Counted from the first letter of the stretch, positions 47,196 to 57,037 are shown. The stretch is 64,000 nucleotides of DNA from Candidatus Woesearchaeota archaeon (GCA_016187465.1 JACPJQ010000004.1:7092-71091), one strand, 5' to 3'. The notes: generated by a model not told the origin, from the sequence alone. Translations and numbers: made by a program.

Positions 47196-47275
47196 TTGCG
47201 CCGAGGAGGGGCACTGAAACAAGGCGGCATTTACGGCAGAATGCCGAGGCGCACAAGAATGCGCCGCAGGCGGAT
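47196..47275. other. GC-rich double-hairpin segment of unknown function
   Basis: CGGCATT/AATGCCG and GGCGCA/TGCGCC stems. Confidence 0.35.
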
Positions 47276-47302
47276 TGAAATCTTGTTACTAGAACAAATT
47301 AA

Positions 47303-47467
47303 CTATTTAATTGCTTTTAAAATTTCTTCTTTTGAGGCAAATTTCTTCTGGCATTCAAAGCATACAGCATGCAGTTTGCCTTTGCCGTCTTTGATATAGG
47401 TGCCTATAATCTTGTTCAAAAAGGTCGTGTCAATGGACTTGCTGCAGATTGAGCATTTCATTCTCAT
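47303..47467 (-). CDS. 54-aa CxxC...CxxC zinc-binding protein
   Basis: MRMKCSICSKSIDTTFLNKIIGTYIKDGKGKLHAVCFECQKKFASKEEILKAIK. Confidence 0.75.
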   Translation of the reverse strand: MRMKCSICSKSIDTTFLNKIIGTYIKDGKGKLHAVCFECQKKFASKEEILKAIK

Positions 47468-47583
47468 AGGGTATTATCACAATATTTAAAAACTATCGGT
47501 GCTTTTATTGATTTATGAGTCATATTTTGAAAAACGGGATAAAACAATTTTTCTAGTGAGTTCTTGTACTTATAGCCCTAAAA

Positions 47584-49338
47584 ATGACACGAATAGCTAT
47601 TGTTGACAACGAAAAGCTGAAGGACATGCAGCAAAAACTGCACATCCAAAGCATATGCCCCGTAAACAGGACGGGGAAGGAGTGCATCAGGGTAGAGGAA
47701 AATGGGAAGCTTACAATAGACGAGCATTTGTGCACAGGTTGCGGTATTTGTCCTCGAGAGGCCCCTGCTGCAATAAAGATAATCAACCTTCCTGAAGAGA
47801 TGAAAACAAAGCCGGTTCACCGCTACGGCGAAAACAGATTTGTGCTTTATTCAATTCCAACGCCTTCGATAGGCAGAGTCACAGGAATACTTGGAGTCAA
47901 CGGGATAGGAAAATCAACTGCAATCAAGATATTAGCTTCTGTCATTAATCCCAACTTTGGCGACTGGCAAGGCCAGCAAGGCGATTACTGGCAACTGTTA
48001 GAATACTTCAAGGGCACGGAAGCGCAGGGTTTTTTTGAGAAAGTAAAAGGCGGCGAGATAAAAGTTGCCTACAAGCCGCAGCAGGTTGAATTAATTCCAA
48101 AAACAACCAAAGGGAAAGTAATCGAATTATTAAGAAAAATTGATGAGCGTAACGGGTTAAGGAATATTTCAAATGAGCTGCAACTGAATGAGATATTGAA
48201 CAATGATATAGCGGAGATTTCAGGCGGGGAGCTGCAGAGGGTTGCAATTGCCGCAACTGTTTTAAAAAACGCAAACCTGTACATTTTTGACGAGCCTACA
48301 GGCTATCTGGACATAAAGCAAAGGATAAACATCAGCAAATTCATAAAATCTCTGATAACCGAGAGCAATTCTGTTCTTGTTGTAGAGCACGATTTGATAA
48401 TTCTTGATTACATTGCTGATTTGGTGCATTTGATGTACGGCAAAGAAAATTGCTATGGAATTGTAAGCGGAGTTAAGCCTGTAAGAAACGGCATAAATGT
48501 ATATCTTTCAGGCTATATAAAGGAAGAGAATGTCAGATTCAGGGATTCAACAATAAAATTTGCTGAGAAGCCTCCTGTCAAGAAAAAACATTTCAAAGAG
48601 GTGATTACGTCTTGGAATGATATTGAGAAAAAACTCGGCAATTTTAATTTGAAAGCCCACAAAGGCTCGATACACCGGAACGAGATAATCGGAATCTTGG
48701 GCGAGAACGGAATTGGCAAGACAACTTTCGTGAAGGTTTTGGCCGGAGTGCTGGAACAAGACAAGGGAGATATAACAAAAAAGGTGAAAGTAAGCTACAA
48801 GCCGCAATATCTGGAATCTTCAGATGCTTTGGTGATTGATATTTTAAAAGACGCATTTTCAAAATATTCAAACCAGATAATAAGCCCGTTAAACCTGCAG
48901 CAGCTGTCATTAAACAAGCTGAGTGAGCTTTCAGGCGGGGAGCTGCAGAGGGTTGCAATTGCGCATTGTTTGCAGCAGGATGCTGACCTGTATTTGCTTG
49001 ATGAGCCGTCTGCATACCTTGACAGCGAGCAAAGGCTTATTCTATCGAAAGTTGTCAGGGATTTTATCGAGCAGAAAGAGGCTTCTGCGCTGATTGTTGA
49101 CCATGATTTGCTGTTTGTAGACTACATAAGCGACAGGCTCATTGTTTTTGAAGGCAAGCCTGCAATTGAAGGCAGTGTGGCAGGGCCTTTTGAAATGGAA
49201 GACGGGATGAACAAATTCCTGAAAGAGCTTGGAATAACATTGAGAAGGGACACAGAAACATACAGGCCTAGGGTGAACAAGCTGGATTCGAGATTGGATA
49301 GAGAGCAGAAAGAAAGCGGGAAGTATTATTATGTTTAG
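47584..49338 (+). CDS. rli1: Ribosome recycling ATPase ABCE1/Rli1
   Basis: N-terminal FeS domain (CPVNRTG...CTGCGICP), two ABC domains with (I/L)SGGELQR, YRPRVNK. Confidence 0.96.
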   Translation: MTRIAIVDNEKLKDMQQKLHIQSICPVNRTGKECIRVEENGKLTIDEHLCTGCGICPREAPAAIKIINLPEEMKTKPVHRYGENRFVLYSIPTPSIGRVTGILGVNGIGKSTAIKILASVINPNFGDWQGQQGDYWQLLEYFKGTEAQGFFEKVKGGEIKVAYKPQQVELIPKTTKGKVIELLRKIDERNGLRNISNELQLNEILNNDIAEISGGELQRVAIAATVLKNANLYIFDEPTGYLDIKQRINISKFIKSLITESNSVLVVEHDLIILDYIADLVHLMYGKENCYGIVSGVKPVRNGINVYLSGYIKEENVRFRDSTIKFAEKPPVKKKHFKEVITSWNDIEKKLGNFNLKAHKGSIHRNEIIGILGENGIGKTTFVKVLAGVLEQDKGDITKKVKVSYKPQYLESSDALVIDILKDAFSKYSNQIISPLNLQQLSLNKLSELSGGELQRVAIAHCLQQDADLYLLDEPSAYLDSEQRLILSKVVRDFIEQKEASALIVDHDLLFVDYISDRLIVFEGKPAIEGSVAGPFEMEDGMNKFLKELGITLRRDTETYRPRVNKLDSRLDREQKESGKYYYV

Positions 49339-49345
49339 ATTATTT

Positions 49346-50428
49346 TTATTTCTTTTCCATCCTTTCCATAACAGCTTTCAGAATTATGGGCCAAGCAATT
49401 GTTGCGTCTGCCAAAACTTCAGCAAATTTGCCTCCTTCGCTCTCTGGCACGAATTTTCCCCAGGAAGTGCTTTCAGAATAAGTGCAGCCCGACAATCCGC
49501 CCCAATGAGCCGGCTCTGGGCATATCCTTACGCCGTAATTAAATCTTTTAAAGCCGCCGCCATGTCCGATTCTTTTGTCGATTATGTCAAGATAAGGGCC
49601 GACTTGCTGCGCCCAGTTCCTTGGAACGCCGCCTCCAATTGTGAAAATGCCGACTTTTTTTGCATTTTTTATCTGCTCGGTGTAATGCTCCAAATCAAGG
49701 AAAGGGTTGAACTGGAATTGTTTTTCGCCTTTTATGTCCTGCCTTCTCCTGTAGATTCCTAGGTCAAGTCCCAGTTCCGAGTCTGTAAAAGCAGGAATAT
49801 AAACAGGGACATTTTTAAGATAAGCTGATTTCAGGATTGCCCTTCCTTTTGTATTCTCGTGAAGATATTTTCCAAGAAAATTGGTTATTTTATGGCTGCA
49901 CAAGATTTCATTTCTGTCAACATTGTCAAGAACATTGGTGACCATCTCCTCTGCATCGTCAAGGTTTTTTTCCAGCTCTATGGTGTCATAAACCCTGTTA
50001 TATCCTTTTTCGTATAATTCAACGTCGTCCATGCATGGATTGTGCTTGAAATGGCGCATGCCGACAGACTCGACAAAACCATGAGTCATAAGAGCACCCG
50101 TGCTTACTATTGCATTCAGCATTCCTTTATCAATCATGTCGCAAATCATCAGCCCCATTTTTGCCACAGTCATCGCCCCTGAAAAAGTTCCGACAACAAA
50201 GCAGTCTTTGTCAGTTGCCATCTCATAAAGCACATCAGCTGCCTCTCCAAGCGTCCTGCCCCCAAAAGCGGTTTTCGACATAGCCTTTGCCATGTCATCA
50301 AAATTTTTTACTTTGCTTAAGTCCAGGGCTTCCAGCGGCTCAAGATTGTCAGAAAATCCAGTTGAATAGCTTGAAGCGTCCCTTCTGTGTGATTTTTCCT
50401 TGGAATGCTCAAGTTTTATTTTTTCCAT
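49346..50428 (-). CDS. dys: Deoxyhypusine synthase family protein
   Basis: YNRVYD, PAFTDSELG, IGGGVPRNW, GGLSGCTYSESTSWGK, DATIAWP. Confidence 0.9.
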   Translation of the reverse strand: MEKIKLEHSKEKSHRRDASSYSTGFSDNLEPLEALDLSKVKNFDDMAKAMSKTAFGGRTLGEAADVLYEMATDKDCFVVGTFSGAMTVAKMGLMICDMIDKGMLNAIVSTGALMTHGFVESVGMRHFKHNPCMDDVELYEKGYNRVYDTIELEKNLDDAEEMVTNVLDNVDRNEILCSHKITNFLGKYLHENTKGRAILKSAYLKNVPVYIPAFTDSELGLDLGIYRRRQDIKGEKQFQFNPFLDLEHYTEQIKNAKKVGIFTIGGGVPRNWAQQVGPYLDIIDKRIGHGGGFKRFNYGVRICPEPAHWGGLSGCTYSESTSWGKFVPESEGGKFAEVLADATIAWPIILKAVMERMEKK

Positions 50429-50484
50429 TTTAAAATTTTATACTCACCCGCAAAAATAATTGAGTTTTGTTGCGGGTTCGTGAT

Positions 50485-50634
50485 ATGTCGAAAATCGTAG
50501 ATTTTCGAGCATTCGCAAATCTTTGATTTGCTTTATGTTGGAAATTTTTATTATGCATAAAACTTGTAAAAATTTCCGAGCATGCTCAAAAACCAACAAG
50601 ATTCTTAATCATAAATTGTGTTGGTTTTTGACAT
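50485..50634. repeat. Multi-unit GAGCAT(GCTC) hairpin element
   Basis: ATGTCGAAAATC/GATTTTCGAGCAT; GCAAATC/GATTTGC; ATGTTGGAAATTTTTA/TAAAAATTTCCGAGCAT; GCTCAAAAACCAACA/TGTTGGTTTTTGACAT. Confidence 0.75.
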
Positions 50635-50750
50635 TCAACAACAAACTTTGCATAACATCTAGTTACTTTGTTGGTTGAATATATCGAGAAAAAACTAATA
50701 ATTTTTTTTGTTTATAAAGTTTGTTAAAGTGCCTGATTATAAATGAAGCC

Positions 50751-51314
50751 CTAAGCCCTTCCTTTGCTTTCTCCAGAAACAACTCCAGACGCAATCAAGT
50801 GCGCCAGCCTCAAAGGCTCCGGAACAAGGCTTCTCGTGCACACAACTTTAAGAATTTTATTTGCTTCCTCAAAATCAATTCCAGTTAATTGGGCAAATAT
50901 ATTGTTAATCTTGAAGACGTTTCCTGCTTTCTCAATCAATTTTATTTTTTGCTGCTTTTTTATTTTTATTAATGTTTTTTTAATGTTTCCAATGTCAGGC
51001 ATTTTTCTTATTATTGTGATAACGGGCAATTTTGTCTGTTTGCTTAATTCTTTTACGTCAATGACATTAAAACCGCCAACAGCAATTCCGTTAAGGAATA
51101 CGCATTGCAATTGCGGCTTGAACTTGCATTTGTTAATCATATTGGAGATTCTCTTTGTCGCGTCATTTCCATCAACATCGGCTTTTGCGGATAAAACGCC
51201 GTCAATCCAAGAACCTCCACGCATGACAACTCCGACAAGAAGCGTTTTCTTGTCTTTGAACTTATTAAAAGGAGCATCATCGATTCCAATAACCCGAATT
51301 TCTTTTTTTACCAT
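50751..51314 (-). CDS. DUF99 (endonuclease V-like) protein
   Basis: RVIGIDDAPF, DGNDAT, GIAVGGFNVID, PEPLRLAHLIASG. Confidence 0.9.
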   Translation of the reverse strand: MVKKEIRVIGIDDAPFNKFKDKKTLLVGVVMRGGSWIDGVLSAKADVDGNDATKRISNMINKCKFKPQLQCVFLNGIAVGGFNVIDVKELSKQTKLPVITIIRKMPDIGNIKKTLIKIKKQQKIKLIEKAGNVFKINNIFAQLTGIDFEEANKILKVVCTRSLVPEPLRLAHLIASGVVSGESKGRA

Positions 51315-51392
51315 TTGATTTTAAGTTAGATATTCACCACGGTTTATTTTCATCGCTCTGCTTCCAAAAGTCGTTCTCGAGTATTTTTATTT

Positions 51393-51446
51393 ATAGAGAA
51401 TTTTGAATGAAATGGCGAAAATAAGGAATTATTCAAAGTTCTCTAT
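51393..51446. repeat. Small inverted-repeat element with ATAG...CTAT ends
   Basis: ATAGAGAATTTTGAAT ... ATTCAAAGTTCTCTAT. Confidence 0.45.
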
Positions 51447-51561
51447 GCAATATTTGGCTTTCGCAATGTTTTTGGTAATGTGAAATTAATGTCTTTCCAT
51501 TATTTATTTTGTTTCCTTCCCAGCGCATTAATCAAATAAATAATATTTTCAAAAATAAAAC

Positions 51562-52473
51562 CTATTCCCTGAACTCAATATCGTCAATTATACCGTCAGA
51601 ATCCAAGTCAATTCCTTCAACAACGTTTGCTTTGATGCCGGGGTTATGCACATTTCCATTCGTTACCTTCCCAAAATCCTTTAGAAATGCTATGATTGCC
51701 GCTCTTGTGCCGCTGAACCTCTTGCCTGCGACAACCAAAATATATTTGTCTTTATTGAAAGGGCTTTTCAGTTTTACAATCAAGCCGCATTCGTCTTGGG
51801 GATAAACCTCATTAGAAATGGTTGATTTTATGTTGCCATTTTCAAACCTTATCGGCATTTTCGGATTTGCTCTTTCTACGATTTTATTGACCACAGGGCC
51901 GCCAATGAGAATCAGATTGTTGTTTAGGTCGTCTTCCCTCACTTCTGTATCAAGCTTAACATTAAATTTTGGAACATAGTTAAGAAACGTTCCAAGGAAT
52001 AATGCCAAATCCATTCCGTAATATCCATCCCTGCTTCTTGCTTTATCGGGCCCGTGGGGATCAGGAGAGCCGACAATAATCAAAGCGTCAAGCTGCCCAT
52101 CCCTGATGAAAGGCTCCAGAAATTCCGACTCATTTCTTATCTGCGCTATCTTGCTGGTTGTCTCAAAATTCTTGAACTTGATTACAAATGCGGGCTCTGT
52201 TAATGCATAGAAATTTGCGGTTGCTCCCTGCTTTGTCTCTTTTTTGACGATTTTGATGATTCCGGCTTTCTCGAGATTTCTTATATGGTAGTATATTTTC
52301 TGCTCATGCGCCTTCAAAGCCTTTGCAATGTCTATCGGATACATAGATTCTTTTGCCAGCAGATGGAGTATTTTATTGGCCAAGCCAGAGCTTACAGACT
52401 TGGCATGCTCAGCGCTTATTTCCTTGGCAGGCAATGAGTAAATTTCGTTTTTCTGCTTGTCTATGATAAACAT
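51562..52473 (-). CDS. ArsR-type HTH regulator with C-terminal alpha/beta domain
   Basis: YPIDIAKAL...EQKIYYHIRNLEKAGII; GSPDPHG; NLILIGGPVVN. Confidence 0.8.
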   Translation of the reverse strand: MFIIDKQKNEIYSLPAKEISAEHAKSVSSGLANKILHLLAKESMYPIDIAKALKAHEQKIYYHIRNLEKAGIIKIVKKETKQGATANFYALTEPAFVIKFKNFETTSKIAQIRNESEFLEPFIRDGQLDALIIVGSPDPHGPDKARSRDGYYGMDLALFLGTFLNYVPKFNVKLDTEVREDDLNNNLILIGGPVVNKIVERANPKMPIRFENGNIKSTISNEVYPQDECGLIVKLKSPFNKDKYILVVAGKRFSGTRAAIIAFLKDFGKVTNGNVHNPGIKANVVEGIDLDSDGIIDDIEFRE

Positions 52474-52590
52474 AAAGCATGAAAAAGCAGAACTACTATA
52501 AAAAGTTTTTTAATGGTGTTATAGATTTTGTGTTTATGACAGGATTTGGGAGTGAAAGGTTTTTATTGGTATATACATCACCAAACATAT

Positions 52591-53178
52591 ATGACTCTAG
52601 ATATGTTATTAGGCGAAGAGAGTAGAATACCTCCACAGACTCTCTATATCAAAGGTAGACAGGCAAGTTTCCTATTCGGAGTTAAACGTTTATCAAAAAA
52701 AGATAACCATCCTAAAACAATATTTGAACTGTTATATGAGACTAAACTTAATGACATAAATGATATAGAGATTATTGAGCTACTCGAAAAAGTAGGTTAT
52801 GAAGACCAAGATTTAAACTCAGGTACACTTTATGCTGTTGAAACATATGCATTGGAAGTTTTATCTCCCAAAAGTATAACTAAAGGGTATAAGGATTACA
52901 GGTATATGTTATTCGGTTCTAGGGCAATCTATAAATCATTTTTTAATGTTTTAAATGAGAGGAGAATAAACGGTTCATTGGACCAAGAAGGATTTCAATG
53001 CATTTATGATAATGTTGGATCTTCATTTAAAAGATGTGCAGATAAATTTGGGTCTACAAATAACGAAGCTAAGTGGATGCATATTGTAAGGTTGGCTATT
53101 GAAGATTTTGAACGAGATGAATTGATTGCCCCTTACATAGAGGAAGCACGATTACGCATTCCATCTAAACTTCATTAA
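52591..53178 (+). CDS. Hypothetical protein (AT-rich)
   Basis: Open frame from ATG 52591. Confidence 0.55.
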   Translation: MTLDMLLGEESRIPPQTLYIKGRQASFLFGVKRLSKKDNHPKTIFELLYETKLNDINDIEIIELLEKVGYEDQDLNSGTLYAVETYALEVLSPKSITKGYKDYRYMLFGSRAIYKSFFNVLNERRINGSLDQEGFQCIYDNVGSSFKRCADKFGSTNNEAKWMHIVRLAIEDFERDELIAPYIEEARLRIPSKLH

Positions 53179-53278
53179 TATTACAATTTTTTTTATAATA
53201 GTCATATAATTTTTTTAATAACATTTATAAAGAAGCTGTGTTCTATAATCCCTGAATCTCATCTATAAAATATCTCCA

Positions 53279-53317
53279 AGTGCATCTCTTATCCTCTTTT
53301 GAGATGCACTGTTTTTT
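53279..53317 (+). terminator. 10-bp stem hairpin followed by a T tract
   Basis: AGTGCATCTC-TTATCCTCTTTT-GAGATGCACT-GTTTTTT. Confidence 0.45.
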
Positions 53318-53347
53318 CAATATAATATATCAAACAAAGGTCAAAAT

Positions 53348-53600
53348 ATGTTGAAAATTTTTATTATAGTAAAGGACACAAGTTTTTAGACATAAATATG
53401 TCCTTTACTTGTCAAAAATTTCACGTATTTATTATAAATTGATGAAATTTTTGAGCACTCGAAAACCCGTAAGGTTTTCTTTGTATTACGAACGGACAAC
53501 TATTATGAAAATTGCAAAAATTTTCGAGCATGCTCAAAAACCACTGGACAATTTTGCGAAAGCAATATGCTCTATCGGTTTTAAAGGTGGTTTTTGACAT
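53348..53600. repeat. GAGCATGCTC double-hairpin element interrupted by the 139-bp element; ends in the glmS start codon
   Basis: ATGTTGAAAATTTTT...AAAAATTTTCGAGCAT + GCTCAAAAACCAC...GTGGTTTTTGACAT(G). Confidence 0.75.
53365..53503. mobile_element. 139-bp MITE-like composite element, copy 2
   Basis: Identical by eye to copies 1 and 3. Confidence 0.85.
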
Positions 53601-55428
53601 GTGCGGAATAGTCGGTTATATTGGAAACAAGGAAGCTATGCCTGTACTGGTCAGCGGGTTGAAAAATCTTGAGTACAGGGGCTATGATTCTGCGGGCTTT
53701 GCAATAATAAACAAAAGGATAATAATAGAAAAGGACATAGGCAAAATAGACGATGTGCAGAAAAAGATCAATGCGTCGTTGCTTAAAGGCTTTTCTGGGC
53801 TTGCCCATTGCAGGTGGGCAACTCACGGCAATGTCACAAAAGAGAATGCCCATCCGCATGCGGACTGTTCCAACAAGATAGCAATAGTGCATAATGGGAT
53901 AATCGAAAATTACAGCGAACTCAAGGAAAAACTGATTCAGAAAAAGCATGTGTTCAGATCAGAAACAGACACAGAGGTTATAGCTCATCTCATAGAAGAA
54001 TTCCATAAAAAACTTGGATTTGAGGACGCTGTCAAGAATGCGCTGAAAGAAGTCAAAGGCTCGTACGCTTTGGGAGTTGCATGCGCTGAAGAGCCGGGCA
54101 AGCTCATTGCAGCAAGAAATGAAAGCCCGCTTATTGTAGGAAAGGGCAAGAACGGGATGTTCCTAGCATCAGATATTCCCGCGCTTCTTGAATATACAAA
54201 CAAGTTTATCTACATGCATGACAAGGAGATTGCAGTTATAACCAAAGACACAATAAATATTTTTGACTTGGAAGGCAAAAAAAAGAGTTTTAAGATTTCT
54301 ACGCTAAACTGGAGCAAAGAGGCTGCCGAGAAAGGAGGCTTTAAGCATTTTATGCTGAAGGAGATATACGAGCAGCCAAGGGCCATAACAGAAACAATTG
54401 ATGAGAGACTTAAGAATGGGGATGTTGTGTTTGAGAAAGAGCTGAACTTGACAGATGATGAGATACTAAAAATTGATTCGATAAAGCTTATTGGGTGCGG
54501 AACATCATGGCATGCTGCATTGGTTGGAAAGTTCATGTTTGAGGAGCTTGCCAAAATACCAACTGAAGTAGAGTATGCGTCTGAATTTAGATACAGAAAT
54601 CCAATACTTAAGCCAAACACTATTGTGATGGCCATAAGCCAGAGCGGAGAAACAGCAGACACAATAGCTGCATTGAAAGAAGCAAAGAAAAACGGCGCAA
54701 AAACAATTTCCATATGCAATGTAAAGGGCAGCTCTATAACCCGGGTTTCTGATGGGGTGGTGTACACAAGGGCAGGCCCTGAGATAGGTGTGGCTTCAAC
54801 AAAAGCGTTCACAACCCAGCTTACAGTCCTTTATCTGCTTACAATCCTGTTCAGCAAAAAAAGGAAAACGCTGAATGACAAACAAATTAAAGATATGATT
54901 TACGGAATAAGGAAGATACCTCTGCAGATTGCCTCAGTGCTTAATGAAGACTTTGAGGTTGTGAACTGCGCAGAGCTTTACCACAAAAGAACAAATTCGC
55001 TTTACCTTGGCAGGGGGGTCAACTTTCCGATAGCGCTGGAAGGGGCTTTGAAATTAAAGGAAGTAAGCTACATACATGCAGAAGGCTACCCTGCAGCTGA
55101 GATGAAGCATGGCCCGATTGCGTTGATTGATGAGCACATGCCCGTGGTTTTCATTGCGCCGCATGATATTTACACTTACAGCAAGATACTGGGCAATATA
55201 GAGGAAGTGAAAGCGAGAGGGGGAATAGTGATTGCCATTGCAACAGAAGGCGACAAGGAAATACCGAAAAAGGCAGACCATACTATTTTCATACCAAAAA
55301 CATTATATACATTAAGCTCAATTCTTGCTGTGGTACCACTGCAATTGCTGGCGTACCATATTGCTGATAAATTGGGAAGAACAATTGATCAACCAAAGAA
55401 TTTGGCTAAAGTTGTGACTGTTGAATAG
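53599..55428 (+). CDS. glmS: Glutamine--fructose-6-phosphate aminotransferase
   Basis: MCGIVG start (catalytic Cys1), LEYRGYDSAG, HCRWATHG, SQSGETADT, KNLAKVVTVE. Confidence 0.98.
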   Translation: MCGIVGYIGNKEAMPVLVSGLKNLEYRGYDSAGFAIINKRIIIEKDIGKIDDVQKKINASLLKGFSGLAHCRWATHGNVTKENAHPHADCSNKIAIVHNGIIENYSELKEKLIQKKHVFRSETDTEVIAHLIEEFHKKLGFEDAVKNALKEVKGSYALGVACAEEPGKLIAARNESPLIVGKGKNGMFLASDIPALLEYTNKFIYMHDKEIAVITKDTINIFDLEGKKKSFKISTLNWSKEAAEKGGFKHFMLKEIYEQPRAITETIDERLKNGDVVFEKELNLTDDEILKIDSIKLIGCGTSWHAALVGKFMFEELAKIPTEVEYASEFRYRNPILKPNTIVMAISQSGETADTIAALKEAKKNGAKTISICNVKGSSITRVSDGVVYTRAGPEIGVASTKAFTTQLTVLYLLTILFSKKRKTLNDKQIKDMIYGIRKIPLQIASVLNEDFEVVNCAELYHKRTNSLYLGRGVNFPIALEGALKLKEVSYIHAEGYPAAEMKHGPIALIDEHMPVVFIAPHDIYTYSKILGNIEEVKARGGIVIAIATEGDKEIPKKADHTIFIPKTLYTLSSILAVVPLQLLAYHIADKLGRTIDQPKNLAKVVTVE

Positions 55429-55500
55429 TAAAAATAGAAAGATTTAAAAAGTGTTATATTTAACTTAGTTATCTAACATTTTTTGGCGAGAGTATGCGTA

Positions 55501-55944
55501 ATGCACAAACTAACACTTACAATTGATGGTATGGTAAGCGGATTATCTGAAAAACAGCGGGATATTTTCCAATTTCTTTTAAAGAAGCCCTCTGGTGAAA
55601 TTAGAGGTTTTGTTTATTTTAATAAAGATTCTCGGCTGGTAAGATTTGAGACTTATGAACATACTGGAATGATGTATGTTGATGTTTCTGGAGATGGCAC
55701 ATTAGAGTATAGATTTGAAAGTTATGAATCACAATTGCAATTTAATCAAGATTTGCAAGCTGTTATTAAACGTGAAGTTATCATAAACGGAAAAGGAAAA
55801 GCCCAACTTTCAGCAATTTTTGGGGTTACAGAAAAAGTTGTAGATAGCTTAAAAGCTAGAAAACCTATGGATTATAAGCTCCCTAACGAAACGTATGCGG
55901 TTCTTATAAACTTAATTAATAACCCAGAAACAAGAACATCTTAA
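55501..55944 (+). CDS. Hypothetical protein
   Basis: Open frame from ATG 55501, AT-rich. Confidence 0.5.
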   Translation: MHKLTLTIDGMVSGLSEKQRDIFQFLLKKPSGEIRGFVYFNKDSRLVRFETYEHTGMMYVDVSGDGTLEYRFESYESQLQFNQDLQAVIKREVIINGKGKAQLSAIFGVTEKVVDSLKARKPMDYKLPNETYAVLINLINNPETRTS

Positions 55945-55977
55945 AAATTTATTAAAAATGTCAGAAGAAAACAAAAA

Positions 55978-56418
55978 ATGAGAATAAAACCACCTTACAT
56001 TGCAATTGCACTTTTGTTTTTATCGTGGTTAGTTGATTATTTGCTGCCTCAATTTAGGTTTATTTTTGGAAATGCCAGATATTTTGGAATTCTAATTTTT
56101 GTTTTAGGCTTGTCGACAACCTTTTATTCATTTTACCTGTTCAAGAAAAACAAGACACCGATTTTGCCTGGGCAGAAGCCAACCTTTGTCGTTATAGAAG
56201 GACCTTATAAATTTACCAGAAATCCCATGTATCTCGGCGTGACGATCGGATTGCTTGGAATGTCTATTTATATAGGAAACCTGCTGTCTTTGTTGTCGCC
56301 AATAATATTTTTTGTAGTAATGAATATTGCCTATGTGCCTTTCGAAGAGGGATTGCTAGAAAAAACATTTGGAAAACAATATCTCAATTATAAGAAAAAA
56401 GTCAGAAGATGGATTTAA
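55978..56418 (+). CDS. ICMT/PEMT family membrane methyltransferase
   Basis: GPYKFTRNPMYLG, EE..L...FG..Y..YKKKVRRWI. Confidence 0.9.
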   Translation: MRIKPPYIAIALLFLSWLVDYLLPQFRFIFGNARYFGILIFVLGLSTTFYSFYLFKKNKTPILPGQKPTFVVIEGPYKFTRNPMYLGVTIGLLGMSIYIGNLLSLLSPIIFFVVMNIAYVPFEEGLLEKTFGKQYLNYKKKVRRWI

Positions 56419-56556
56419 GTTTTTATTTATTTTTTAATTACTGGTGATAAAACAATGAAATGCGCCTATTGCCAAGCGCAGGCAGCGCAAAATACATTAA
56501 ATAAGTAAACATTAACAATAAAATCCAATAATGATTTAAAATTAAATTTATAAAAA

Positions 56557-57027
56557 ATGAAAATTAGAAAAGCAGCAATTAAAGACGCAAAAGGAATTGC
56601 AAATGTTCTTGTTCAAAGCTACAATATCAAAGATTTGAAAGAGGGGATTAATACATTCAATAATGAAATAAAAAAGCAGCATAATTATATTGTCGCTGAA
56701 GATAACGGGAAAATTATAGGGATTGTAACTTGGCTGATGCACGGGCTGCCAAAGCACCAGCTTTGCGAGCTGGATAGGATTGCTGTGCTGCCTGATTACA
56801 GGGGAAAAGGTGTTGCCAAACAATTATTCAACGCGTTAATCAAAGACGCAAAAGCATTTTACAAGAAAAATAAGTCAAAATTAAGAAAATTATATTTGCT
56901 GACACATGCTGACAACATAAGGGCGCATAAGTTCTATGAAAAGCTTGGCTTTAGACATGAAACAACTTTGAAAGAACATTATTATAAAGGTAAGGATGAA
57001 TGTGTTTATAGTATGTTTTTTGAGTGA
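56557..57027 (+). CDS. GNAT acetyltransferase
   Basis: IAVLPDYRGKGVA, NIRAHKFYEKLGF. Confidence 0.9.
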   Translation: MKIRKAAIKDAKGIANVLVQSYNIKDLKEGINTFNNEIKKQHNYIVAEDNGKIIGIVTWLMHGLPKHQLCELDRIAVLPDYRGKGVAKQLFNALIKDAKAFYKKNKSKLRKLYLLTHADNIRAHKFYEKLGFRHETTLKEHYYKGKDECVYSMFFE

Positions 57028-57037
57028 AAATATTAGT

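Noticed and set aside
47091..47399. ORFs starting MSKISRIYYKLMKFLSTRKPVRFSLYYERTT (also 53409..53597)
   Set aside because: They start inside the 139-bp repeat at TTG and read into unrelated flanks, so they are repeat artefacts.
53363..53506. 5-bp target site duplication ATTAT for the 139-bp element
   Set aside because: It holds only for copy 2; copies 1, 3 and the short form do not show it.
53512..53598. N-terminal extension of GlmS in the ORF track
   Set aside because: GlmS needs Cys directly after the initiator Met; the extension is repeat sequence.
55380..55500. Tn7 insertion at the glmS 3' end
   Set aside because: No Tn7-like ends or tns genes; only AT-rich hypothetical genes follow.
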